Origin: an uncultured bacterium
GTDB lineage: Bacteria > Patescibacteriota > Microgenomatia > UBA1400 > PJMF01
DNA: 64,000 bases
Direction of reading: 5' to 3'
Assembly (NCBI GenBank): GCA_903842795.1
Contig: CAIMNJ010000013.1
Coordinates: forward strand, 69,302 to 133,301
Part shown: in pieces, positions 1 to 9,069 of the stretch
How the letters are laid out: the number at the start of each line of letters is the position of its first letter
How positions within the stretch are numbered: the stretch's first letter is position 1
Position numbers and translations under genes: made by a program
The notes under the pieces: generated by a model
Seen by the model: the letters and a program-made list of their open reading frames with translations, nothing else
Databases searched by the model: none
What the model was told of the DNA's origin: nothing

Positions 1-67
1 TGTCCGGTTCTTTTACTCAGTATTTCTAGTGTGATCTTTTTTTTGATCACTCACTGAAAGGGTTTTT

Positions 68-634
68 ATGCCAAATAATTCCAAAACATTGTCACTAGAT
101 TTTGATGGTTTTATGAATAAGGTCAAAAAAATGGAGCATGGTGAGAAATTAGATCTGTCTTCTGATGAAGATTTATCAATTGCCATCATGAACCTAATTA
201 GCATTGAAGAGCATTTATTCTTCACTGCTAATAAGACTGGTAAGTCAAGTTATTATGATCTGCTTTATGAAATCAGAGAAATGCGCAAAGAATTGTTGAA
301 AAAAATCATCAAGCAGTATGAAGGAGAAGTCTGGTGTATTAGCAAACATTTGCTCGCTTCATCGATGCGTTTGATGGAGGTTGGCACCAAGGCTTTGACC
401 AAAGGTGATAAAAAAGATGCTGAAGATTTATTTAAAAAATCCTACGACCTTTATTCACTTTTTTGGGGCCTTAATATGGGTGCTGTGAATCTTGGTTCAG
501 TCAAAGGTGGCAAATTACCAAATAAAGTTGAATTCTTGGCTGAAGCCACTCCTGCCAAGAGCAAAGGCTCTGCCAATCTTTTTGATAAGCTTGGTGTAAT
601 GGTTAAAAAAGCTATTGATTGCTGTATTGAATAA
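68..634 (+). CDS. hypothetical protein (188 aa)
   Basis: Long ORF in the coding-dense + strand; no recognisable motif. Confidence 0.4.
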   Translation: MPNNSKTLSLDFDGFMNKVKKMEHGEKLDLSSDEDLSIAIMNLISIEEHLFFTANKTGKSSYYDLLYEIREMRKELLKKIIKQYEGEVWCISKHLLASSMRLMEVGTKALTKGDKKDAEDLFKKSYDLYSLFWGLNMGAVNLGSVKGGKLPNKVEFLAEATPAKSKGSANLFDKLGVMVKKAIDCCIE

Positions 635-664
635 CTGTTATCATGATCGTAAGGGAATAAACCT

Positions 665-1531
665 ATGAAACAAAAAAAATCTTCCATCAATAAATTGCCA
701 CTATTTTTGTCTTTAATGATTCTTTCATCGCTTGTTTTTGTTGGAGTTATTAAGGCAGAAGAAGCTGAGGTCAAAGAAACTGAAGTGAGAGAAGAGCAAA
801 ATGTAGAAGTCAAATCGGATGAGCAAAAGACCACAGAAGAAAAAAAGATTGAAAGTGACTTAGAAATGGCCAAAAGAGCCAGAGAGATAAAAGCAAGAGA
901 AGAACATCGTTTACTTGAATTGGCTCAAGAAAAAAAAGAAGCTGCTAAGAAAAAATTGGAGCTAGCTAAAGAAGCTAAGCAAAAATTGGAAGAAAAGAAA
1001 AAAGAGGTTAAAGCTGAAATTAAGAACAAAATGTCAGATAGAGATGAATTGGAAGACGAGGCTACTGAAGAAGCAGAATTGAATGATGATAATGAAAATG
1101 ATAACAGATCAGCCGAAGAACACATGAGTGAAGTGGCCAAGCATGTCAAAATCCTCTTAGAAAATAAAGAAGAAGGTGAAGGCATTGGTCAAGAAGTGAG
1201 AAAAATTGCTCAAGATCAGGCTGATTCTCAAGAAAGAATTGCTGCTAAATTGGCCAAAATGGAAGCCAAAAAAGTTTGGCTCAAGAAAATGACTGGTTAT
1301 GATCGCGAAGCAGTTGATTCTGTCAAAGAGGAGATTGCAGCCATTCGTTTGAGAATTCAAGAAATTCACAAATTGCAAGAATCCACCACTGACAAGGAAA
1401 CTATGGCTGAATTAGAAGATACAGCTAATTCTCTCATTGAACAAAATGCAGCCTTAGACGATAAACTACAAGTAGAAATGAAAGATCAGGGCGTTTGGGG
1501 TTGGTTTAGAAATATCATGAGAAGAAATTGA
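665..1531 (+). CDS. secreted/membrane-anchored K/E-rich coiled-coil protein
   Basis: N-terminal signal/anchor (LPLFLSLMILSSLVFVGV), then long charged heptad-like KE-rich sequence. Confidence 0.55.
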   Translation: MKQKKSSINKLPLFLSLMILSSLVFVGVIKAEEAEVKETEVREEQNVEVKSDEQKTTEEKKIESDLEMAKRAREIKAREEHRLLELAQEKKEAAKKKLELAKEAKQKLEEKKKEVKAEIKNKMSDRDELEDEATEEAELNDDNENDNRSAEEHMSEVAKHVKILLENKEEGEGIGQEVRKIAQDQADSQERIAAKLAKMEAKKVWLKKMTGYDREAVDSVKEEIAAIRLRIQEIHKLQESTTDKETMAELEDTANSLIEQNAALDDKLQVEMKDQGVWGWFRNIMRRN

Positions 1532-1567
1532 AAAGTTAGTAAAGGTTAAATAATTTTAGTATTTGTT

Positions 1568-1590
1568 GGCGCCGGCGCATAGCCGGCGCC
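1568..1590. terminator. GC-rich hairpin between convergent genes (ggcgccggc-gcata-gccggcgcc)
   Basis: Perfect 9-bp inverted repeat between the + ORF ending 1531 and the - ORF ending 1616. Confidence 0.6.
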
Positions 1591-1615
1591 ATTTGTTATC
1601 TAACAATTTAGTTAT

Positions 1616-2734
1616 CTATATTTGGTTTTTGATGAAGCTTTGCATTTGACCCCAGTTGTTCATGCCAGCTTTGGGTATTGTTATAAATGCTCCTTCGCTA
1701 GATTTGCTACTCTGCAAAACATTTTCTGGGCTTAAATTGACGTTTCTGATAGTGAATTCATTAGCATTAGCTAGAAGTGGGGCAAGATATTTAGCACTTT
1801 CCAAATCTAAGTTGGTGCTAACGTGCTTCGACATGGCTTCATAAAATTTGGGCATATTTTTGAGAGCATCAAGCTTAAATAGTTTATTGCGAATAGCGGT
1901 GAGAACTTCTACTTGGCGGCGGCTACGGTCATAATCGCTAGAGCTGTGGCGGGAACGGACATAAGCAAGCGCATCGTGACCTTCCATGGTCACTTTGCCT
2001 TTTTGAAAAAGTAGATGTTCATAGCGACACTTAAATTTACTTTCCAGCTCAAAACCACTATAGGTAGCTGTTAGATCGGCAATTTCACTTGGAGAGTAGC
2101 CGCAAGAATCGAGTTGAGCTCCCTCTTTTGGATACCATGGATCTTCAAGAGTTTGCGAAACTTCAACTTCAATACTTTTTAGTTCATAGCCAACAGTTCT
2201 TTGAAAGCCGACAAAATCAATGCCAATAAAATATTTAATTGGTAAACCACTGATGAGGCTAATGTTTTTTTGCATGAAAGCTAGGCCAGCATCGATGCCA
2301 CCTCCATTACTCATCCCGGAACTAAGTAAAGAATTAACCTTATAGCCTTTATTGTCTTTGGTGAGCAAATAAAGATCTCTGGGAACGGAAATAAAAGTAA
2401 TTTGCTTTTTTTCAAAATCAAAGTGAGCAATTTGAATCACATCGCTTAAGAAACCACCTTGGTGGCCGGCTCCACCATAGCCAGCGAGCAAGACATTGAG
2501 TGTTTTTTGATCTTCTTCTTTGATTTGGCTTGGGTCAAGGCTAATTTCTGCATCTAAATCTATAATATTTGGAACAGATGAATCGATGTATGTTTGGTTC
2601 TTTTGTTTGAAGTAACGATAGCTTGCAAAAATAGAAACTGCTAGAGTGGTAAGAAAAATTAAACCAAAAACAGTGAAAATAATTAGCCGCTGTTTTTTTT
2701 CAAGATTTCTAATTTTTTGAAAAGGTGTAAACAT
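1616..2734 (-). CDS. LytR-CpsA-Psr (LCP) family cell-envelope phosphotransferase
   Basis: N-terminal TM, LLAGYGGAGHQGGFLSDVIQIAHFD...ISVPRDLYL motif block typical of LCP domain. Confidence 0.8.
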   Translation of the reverse strand: MFTPFQKIRNLEKKQRLIIFTVFGLIFLTTLAVSIFASYRYFKQKNQTYIDSSVPNIIDLDAEISLDPSQIKEEDQKTLNVLLAGYGGAGHQGGFLSDVIQIAHFDFEKKQITFISVPRDLYLLTKDNKGYKVNSLLSSGMSNGGGIDAGLAFMQKNISLISGLPIKYFIGIDFVGFQRTVGYELKSIEVEVSQTLEDPWYPKEGAQLDSCGYSPSEIADLTATYSGFELESKFKCRYEHLLFQKGKVTMEGHDALAYVRSRHSSSDYDRSRRQVEVLTAIRNKLFKLDALKNMPKFYEAMSKHVSTNLDLESAKYLAPLLANANEFTIRNVNLSPENVLQSSKSSEGAFITIPKAGMNNWGQMQSFIKNQI

Positions 2735-2788
2735 TTTTTATTTTCTCTAAATTTGTTTTGAGTATAACCATGATGTTATAATTTTTCC

Positions 2789-3499
2789 ATGACTCAAATT
2801 CATCAAGTTTCAGAATTCGTTTTTCCTTACGATGCTTATCGTTTTCCTGGTCAAGCCACTGACGAGAAGATTCTTTACATCACTAGAGAGCATAAGCTTT
2901 TTATGTGGACGAGGATGTTTTTTGTAGCATTGATTGCTGTAGCAATTTTTTTGACCTCTTGGGTTTTTTCTTTGGCATTTAAAAATATTTTTGCCGTCAG
3001 TTCTTTTGCCTTTCTTTTTCCAATCACCATTGCTTTGGCTGGTGGTTTTGCTGCAATCGGCTTTTGGTGGGTTTATAGTTTATGGCAAAAAAGTTTAGCT
3101 ATTTTGACCAATAAACGCCTGACCAAAATTGTCTATACCACTCCTTTTAATCGTTATAACCAAAGCTTGCCTTTGGAAATGGTGGTAGATACAAGCTGTA
3201 ACAATCAAGGATTTTTTGAAGGCATTGCTCATTCCACTTTGCAAGTTGGCACTCTCACCGCTCGCTCAAGCGCTTCTAGTTCAGGAGTAGCTACTGAAAA
3301 TAACGAACGTGTGAACAAGAAATATTTCTATTTGGAAAATATTAGATATTGTGAAGACTTACAGCAATATTTAAATAAAATTCTTAGTGTTTTGCGTCAA
3401 TCTCCAGCTCAATTAGAAAATTTCAGACCTTTTATTCCTTATCTTAAGGGAGAACATAGAGAAAAATTTATAGAGGAATATCAGAAAAAAACAGAGTAG
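2789..3499 (+). CDS. membrane protein, hypothetical (bacterial PH-domain-like?)
   Basis: Two TM helices after a short N-terminal region; no catalytic motif. Confidence 0.45.
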   Translation: MTQIHQVSEFVFPYDAYRFPGQATDEKILYITREHKLFMWTRMFFVALIAVAIFLTSWVFSLAFKNIFAVSSFAFLFPITIALAGGFAAIGFWWVYSLWQKSLAILTNKRLTKIVYTTPFNRYNQSLPLEMVVDTSCNNQGFFEGIAHSTLQVGTLTARSSASSSGVATENNERVNKKYFYLENIRYCEDLQQYLNKILSVLRQSPAQLENFRPFIPYLKGEHREKFIEEYQKKTE

Positions 3500-3545
3500 T
3501 TTTTCTCAGTTGTTTTTCAGCAAATTGTTATAATGTCTCATTGCT

Positions 3546-4220
3546 ATGAAGATTTTATTAGTTGAAGACGAACATCGCATTAGTCAGGCCATCAAAAAGG
3601 GTTTTGAACAAGAGAAATTTTTAGTTGAAGTGGCCTATGATGGTGAAACGGCTTGGGACTTAGCTAGCACCAATGATTATGATGCCATTATTCTTGATTT
3701 GATGTTGCCAAAGAAAGATGGCCTTGATGTTTGTAAAAGCTTACGTCTTGAGGAAATACACACGCCAATTATTGTTTTAACTGCCAAAGGTGATGTGAGT
3801 GAAAAGATTGAGGCTTTAAATTGTGGAGCTGATGATTATTTAACCAAGCCATTTGCTTTTGCAGAATTAGTAGCCAGAGTTAGAGCCTTATGCCGTCGCC
3901 CCAAATTGCAACAAGGTGCCGTTCTCAAGGCAGATGATTTGGTTTTGGACATGAGAACTTTTGAGGTCAAAAGAGATGGTAAGCTGATTGAATTATCTCG
4001 CAAAGAATTTACCTTGTTGGAGTATTTAATGCGTCATAAAGGCCAAATTCTTACTAAAGATCAAATTTTACTTAGTGTTTGGGATTATGAGTCAGATGTT
4101 CTGCTCAATACAGTTGAGGTATATATTGGATATTTGAGAAATAAAATTGATAAGCCTTTCAAAACCAAAAAGCCACTAATAACAACAGTGAGAGGTTTTG
4201 GTTATAAAATTGAGGATTAA
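3546..4220 (+). CDS. OmpR/PhoB-family response regulator
   Basis: Receiver (MKILLVEDE...DLMLPKKDG) plus C-terminal winged-helix (GYLRNKID...TVRGFGYKI). Confidence 0.85.
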   Translation: MKILLVEDEHRISQAIKKGFEQEKFLVEVAYDGETAWDLASTNDYDAIILDLMLPKKDGLDVCKSLRLEEIHTPIIVLTAKGDVSEKIEALNCGADDYLTKPFAFAELVARVRALCRRPKLQQGAVLKADDLVLDMRTFEVKRDGKLIELSRKEFTLLEYLMRHKGQILTKDQILLSVWDYESDVLLNTVEVYIGYLRNKIDKPFKTKKPLITTVRGFGYKIED

Positions 4221-5270
4221 GTGACAAACATGTTTAAATCAGCTAGGTTCAAATTGACGCTTTGGTATTTTTTGACCATTTCCTTCATTCTTTTGTTATT
4301 TTCTGCTTTGATTTATCGTGCTGGTTCAGCTTTGCTTTTTGAGAATCTAAGTCGTTTACACTTAAGATTGCGTTCGATCGAACTCAACGCTAATTCTCCA
4401 GCCAGAATGCCAAAGAATATGCGCGATCTTGGGACTGAGCCATTCAATCTCAATTCAGAGGAATTTTTGCAAGATCTCGGTGAAGCCGAACATACGCTTT
4501 TTTTGAGTTTGCTTTTTATTGATCTAGGAATTTTGTCTGTTTCCACATTTTTGGCCTATCTTTTGGCCGGACGCACCTTAGCACCAATTGAGAAATCCCT
4601 CAAAGCCCAAAAAAGATTCACTGCCGATGCCGCTCATGAGTTGCGCACTCCTCTAACAGCGATCAAAACTGCTCTTGAAGTCAATTTGGCAGACAAAAAA
4701 TTGACTAAAACTGCTGCTGTCAGTATTTTGCAGGATAATCTCAAAGATATCGAGAACTTAGAAAAATTAAGTAGTGAGCTTTTGCAGCTATCCAAAGTTG
4801 ATCATCATTTGGCTATGCTTAATTATCAAAGTATTGCCCTAGATGAGTTACTAAGTGAATTGACCAGTAAATTTGCTTCTCTTGCCAAAGTCAAAAAAAT
4901 CAAAATTATTGGCAAAGCCAATCATGATTTGATCAAAACTGATTATGATAAATTATTGCAAATTTTGTCCATTTTTCTTGATAATGCCATCAAGTACACT
5001 CCAGAAAATGGCAAAATTAATTTGAGCTTTGTGGTTGAGAAACGCAAAACTGCTTTTCATGTTCAAGACAGCGGAGTAGGTATAAAAAAAGAAGATTTAC
5101 CAATGATCTTTCATCGTTTTTATAAAATTGAATCCTCACGTAACCAGAAACAAACTGCTGGTTTTGGTCTGGGTTTGGCTATCGCTAGTGAAATTGCTGA
5201 TCTACTCAATGGCGACCTGAGCGTTACCAGTCAATTAGGCAAAGGTAGTACTTTTACGCTTCGTTTGTGA
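4221..5270 (+). CDS. sensor histidine kinase (HisKA + HATPase_c)
   Basis: TM segments, H-box AAHELRTPLTAI, G-boxes (DSGVGI, GFGLGLAI); immediately after the RR gene. Confidence 0.85.
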   Translation: MTNMFKSARFKLTLWYFLTISFILLLFSALIYRAGSALLFENLSRLHLRLRSIELNANSPARMPKNMRDLGTEPFNLNSEEFLQDLGEAEHTLFLSLLFIDLGILSVSTFLAYLLAGRTLAPIEKSLKAQKRFTADAAHELRTPLTAIKTALEVNLADKKLTKTAAVSILQDNLKDIENLEKLSSELLQLSKVDHHLAMLNYQSIALDELLSELTSKFASLAKVKKIKIIGKANHDLIKTDYDKLLQILSIFLDNAIKYTPENGKINLSFVVEKRKTAFHVQDSGVGIKKEDLPMIFHRFYKIESSRNQKQTAGFGLGLAIASEIADLLNGDLSVTSQLGKGSTFTLRL

Positions 5271-5282
5271 TAAACTGACCCC

Positions 5283-6431
5283 ATGTTTGACGCAGATATT
5301 CAAGACATTTTAGCCAAGTATGACTATCCACTTTGTGAGGAGCAAATTGCCAATGAGCCAGCCTCGCCGCGCGATCATTCCAAGCTTTTACGCATTTCTA
5401 GACAAACAGGCAAGCTGCAAGATTATCATTTTTATGATTTGCCAGATTTATTGACCGCCAATGACGTTTTGGTCCTTAATGAAACCAAAGTTTTTAGTGC
5501 TCGTTTGCTTGGTAAAAAACAGAGTGGCGGCAAGGTTGAACTATTACTAATCAAACAAGACAATCTAAACACTTTTGAAGCCATTTCCAAACCAGGTCTC
5601 AAAATGGGGCAGCGCTTGTTTTTTCCAAGAAGAAATTTATTGGATGATGCTGGCAATTTATCTGCAGATTTAGATACGAGTGATTTTTTGCAGGCAGAAG
5701 TGATCTGGCGCGATACCGAAAGTGCCAAGGTTCAAGTGCGTTTTAGCCAGAGTGGGGCCAGTTTACTTTCAGAGATTGATTTGTGTGGTTTTACACCTTT
5801 ACCGCCATACATCCATCCCACTCAAACAGAAGAAAAAATCAAGGAAGAATATCAGACGGTTTATGCCAAAGAAGAGGGCTCAGCTGCAGCGCCGACTGCA
5901 GGCTTACATTTCACAGAAGAACTACTGAGCAAACTTCAAGCTAAGGGTGTGCAAATAGAAAAAGTCACTCTCCATGTAGGACTAGGCACTTTTGCCAAAC
6001 TGACCAGTGAAAACCTGGAAAACAAGACTTTGCATAGCGAATATTACGAAATAACGGCAGAAACTGCCCAGCGCCTAAATCAGGCCAAAAAAGCGGGCAA
6101 GCGCATTATCGCCGTGGGCACCACTAGCACTAGAACTCTCGAGTCAGCTGTCTTATTAAGCCAAAATCATCAAGAATTACTCGCCGCAGCCAAAGAAACT
6201 AATATTTTCATTGATCCACCATACAAATTCAATTTCATCGATGCTCTCATTACCAATTTTCATCTGCCTAAATCTAGTCTACTCATGTTGGTCTCAGCTT
6301 TTTGCACAGCGCCTAATACGACAGAAGAATTTACTAATTTTTTGGCAACTAGTGTTGGCCAAGCTTACACTCACGCCCTCGCCCATGACTACCGTTTTTT
6401 TAGTTTTGGCGATGCTATGCTGATCGAGTAA
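5283..6431 (+). CDS. queA: S-adenosylmethionine:tRNA ribosyltransferase-isomerase QueA
   Basis: LPPYIHP, AAPTAGLHFT, HVGLGTF, GTTSTRTLES motifs characteristic of QueA. Confidence 0.85.
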   Translation: MFDADIQDILAKYDYPLCEEQIANEPASPRDHSKLLRISRQTGKLQDYHFYDLPDLLTANDVLVLNETKVFSARLLGKKQSGGKVELLLIKQDNLNTFEAISKPGLKMGQRLFFPRRNLLDDAGNLSADLDTSDFLQAEVIWRDTESAKVQVRFSQSGASLLSEIDLCGFTPLPPYIHPTQTEEKIKEEYQTVYAKEEGSAAAPTAGLHFTEELLSKLQAKGVQIEKVTLHVGLGTFAKLTSENLENKTLHSEYYEITAETAQRLNQAKKAGKRIIAVGTTSTRTLESAVLLSQNHQELLAAAKETNIFIDPPYKFNFIDALITNFHLPKSSLLMLVSAFCTAPNTTEEFTNFLATSVGQAYTHALAHDYRFFSFGDAMLIE

Positions 6432-6432
6432 T

Positions 6433-7602
6433 ATGGATATTTCTGCTGACAAAAAAATTGCCCTCAAAGAAATTTTGGCTTGGTATGCCAAAAAGGCTGC
6501 CAGCAAACAATCGCTAACCTTGGGTGGTTACGCTGGAACTGGTAAGACCACTCTCATTGCTATCTTGCGCAAGGTGCTTTTTGGTCAAAATCCCAAGCTC
6601 AAAGTTGCCTTTGCAGCTTTTACCGGCAAGGCGGCTAGAGTACTCAAGAATTATCTCAAAGACAACGCAGTTTTATACAAAGGTGACAGCGTAGGCACAA
6701 TTCATTCTTTGATTTACTCAGTTATCGAGAATGAAGCTCATGAAATTGTTGGCTGGAAGCGCAAGGAAGAGCTCAAAGCTGATCTGATCATTGTTGATGA
6801 AGCTTCGATGGTAGATCAGAAGATTTGGCTCGATTTACTCTCTTATGACGTGCCAATTTTGGCGGTGGGCGATCATGGTCAGTTACCACCAGTCAGTGGG
6901 CAATTTAATTTGATGGAGAAGCCAGAGCTGAAGCTCGAGGAAATTCACCGTCAGGTGGCAGACAATCCAATTATTAAGCTGTCCATCGAAGCACGTAAAC
7001 ATGGCCGCATCAAAGTTGGGAATTATGGCCAGGGCGTGCGCAAATTAGCCAAAAATGATCCAGAATCGCAGGAGATTATTGAGAGTTATTTACAGAATTA
7101 TACTCAAGATACACTCATCCTTTGTGGCTACAATAACACACGCATCAAACTCAATAATTATTTGCGCAATTTACTAGGTTATGACTCACCCTTACCAATG
7201 GCTGGTGACAGAGTTATATGTCTGCGTAATAAGCAACAAAAGGCCATCTTCAACGGTATGTTGGGGACGATTCAAAATATCACCAGCAAAGATGAAAACT
7301 TTTATGACCTGAAAATTTTGTTTGATGATGAAGAGCAGGTTTTTGAAGGTCTGGCGGTCAAAAAACAATTCGGCAGTAGCGTCGCTCTCAATTTCACCAG
7401 AGAAAATAGAGCTCTGACTTTGCAGGCAGAACTCTTTGATTTTGCCTATGCGATCACGGTTCATAAAGCTCAAGGCAGTCAGGCTAGGAGAGTAATTCTT
7501 TTTGAAGAGCGTTTCAAACAAATGTCTGATGTGGATTGGCGTCGTTGGTTGTACACCGCTGTAACCAGAGCAGAAGAAGAACTGATTATCTTGGGTGATT
7601 AA
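6433..7602 (+). CDS. RecD/Dda-like SF1 DNA helicase (compact, 389 aa)
   Basis: Walker A GYAGTGKTT, Walker B IIVDEASMV, C-terminal TVHKAQGSQARRV motif VI. Confidence 0.7.
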   Translation: MDISADKKIALKEILAWYAKKAASKQSLTLGGYAGTGKTTLIAILRKVLFGQNPKLKVAFAAFTGKAARVLKNYLKDNAVLYKGDSVGTIHSLIYSVIENEAHEIVGWKRKEELKADLIIVDEASMVDQKIWLDLLSYDVPILAVGDHGQLPPVSGQFNLMEKPELKLEEIHRQVADNPIIKLSIEARKHGRIKVGNYGQGVRKLAKNDPESQEIIESYLQNYTQDTLILCGYNNTRIKLNNYLRNLLGYDSPLPMAGDRVICLRNKQQKAIFNGMLGTIQNITSKDENFYDLKILFDDEEQVFEGLAVKKQFGSSVALNFTRENRALTLQAELFDFAYAITVHKAQGSQARRVILFEERFKQMSDVDWRRWLYTAVTRAEEELIILGD

Positions 7603-7646
7603 TCAGATAATTAGGTTTTTACCCCTCTGCCCGTTATAATACCCAT

Positions 7647-8390
7647 ATGCAAATTCGTTTAAATAAATTTTTAGCAGATCTTGGAGTAGCTTCACGTCGC
7701 AAGGCAGATCAGTTGATTGAAGAAGGCAAAATTCTTCTCAACCAAAAAAAAGCTCAGTTAGGCGATAAAGTTGATCCAGAAAGAGACAAGGTGGTTTTTG
7801 ATGGCCAGAACTTGACCGCCCACAAAGAAGAACTTGAGTATTGGCTCCTCAATAAACCTCGTAATGTCGTTTCCACAGTTAGTGACGAAGCTGGGCGCAA
7901 GACAGTTTTTGACTATGTCAAAACCAAGGCCAAAGGTCGTGTTTATCCAGTTGGTCGCTTAGACTTGGAATCAGAAGGCTTATTGCTGATGACTAATGAT
8001 GGAGAATTGGCTAATCGTCTAACTCATCCTAGTTATGAGGTGACCAAAGTTTATAAAGTGACCGTCAACGGCATTTTTTCTGAAGCCAAAATGGAACGTT
8101 TGTTGCGCGGAGTGCGTTTGGCAGAAGGCAAAGTGTCCTTCGATACACTGGAATTATTGGAAAAAGATGGTCGAGATTTCGTCCTAAAAGTAGGTATTCA
8201 TCAGGGCATCAAAAGAGAAATTCGTCGTGTTTGCGCCAAGGTGGGTTGGGAAGTGACTAAATTACTGCGCGTCAAACTCGGTGATTTAAGTTTGGCTGGC
8301 TTAATTGTTGGCAATGTGCGCAAATTGACCGAGGAAGAAGTTATTGGTCTCAAAAAACTCGTTGGTCTTTATGAAAACTCTAATCTTTGA
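7647..8390 (+). CDS. pseudouridine synthase, RsuA/RluB family (S4 + PseudoU_synth_2)
   Basis: S4 domain MQIRLNKFLADLGVASRRKADQLI; catalytic VGRLDLESEGLLLMTNDG. Confidence 0.8.
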   Translation: MQIRLNKFLADLGVASRRKADQLIEEGKILLNQKKAQLGDKVDPERDKVVFDGQNLTAHKEELEYWLLNKPRNVVSTVSDEAGRKTVFDYVKTKAKGRVYPVGRLDLESEGLLLMTNDGELANRLTHPSYEVTKVYKVTVNGIFSEAKMERLLRGVRLAEGKVSFDTLELLEKDGRDFVLKVGIHQGIKREIRRVCAKVGWEVTKLLRVKLGDLSLAGLIVGNVRKLTEEEVIGLKKLVGLYENSNL

Positions 8391-9009
8391 TTTCGATGGC
8401 ACGCTAGCTGATAGCTTAATTACATATTTTCATGGTTTTAATCAAGTGGCTCAAGATTTTGGTTTACCAAAAATCGATTTAGAAAATATCCAAGCACTCA
8501 AGCAATTATCTGCCAAAGATTTGACCATCAAATACAAAATTGGGCCAATCAAGTTGACTAAATTGGTTTACACCATCAACAAAAACCTTAGCAAAGAAAT
8601 TGCTAATCTAAAATTTTTTCCAGAATTGAAAAACGTCCTACAAGAGCTAGCCAAAGATTATCAGTTGGGAATTCTAACCTCCAATAATCGTGAAAATGTA
8701 CGCGACTTCCTCAAGAATCAGGATTGTAGTGAGTTATTTGACTTTATTCATGCCAGCAAGAGTATTTTTGGCAAAGATCAAACTTTTCGTGCCATGCTGC
8801 GCAAACATCAATTACGCAAAAATGACATTCTATATTTCGGTGACGAGGCGCGAGACATCGAGGCTTGCCAAAAAGTTGGCATCAAAATTGCCGCGGTTAG
8901 TTGGGGCTTTAATGCAACCGAATTATTGCAAGCCAAAAACCCAGATTTTCTTCTCAGCGAACCCAAGCAAATTCTTCCACTAATCAAGAAATTATCAGAC
9001 CATAGCTAA
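8371..9009 (+). CDS. HAD-superfamily hydrolase (phosphatase)
   Basis: Motif I LIFDFDGTLADS, motif IV YFGDEARD; start moved to the internal ATG (MKTLIFDFDG) to avoid overlap with the upstream gene. Confidence 0.7.
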   Translation: MKTLIFDFDGTLADSLITYFHGFNQVAQDFGLPKIDLENIQALKQLSAKDLTIKYKIGPIKLTKLVYTINKNLSKEIANLKFFPELKNVLQELAKDYQLGILTSNNRENVRDFLKNQDCSELFDFIHASKSIFGKDQTFRAMLRKHQLRKNDILYFGDEARDIEACQKVGIKIAAVSWGFNATELLQAKNPDFLLSEPKQILPLIKKLSDHS

Positions 9010-9069
9010 CTAGCTCAAGGCAGGCCCAAGCTTGCTTGCTAGCCTTTTTGCGAGTATAATACCTTCTTT

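Noticed and set aside
451-1378. Antisense ORFs (451..873, 925..1185, 1157..1378, minus strand) within the first two + genes
   Set aside because: Low-complexity Ser/Leu/Phe-rich translations embedded antisense in a K/E-rich gene; this is the typical shadow-ORF pattern.
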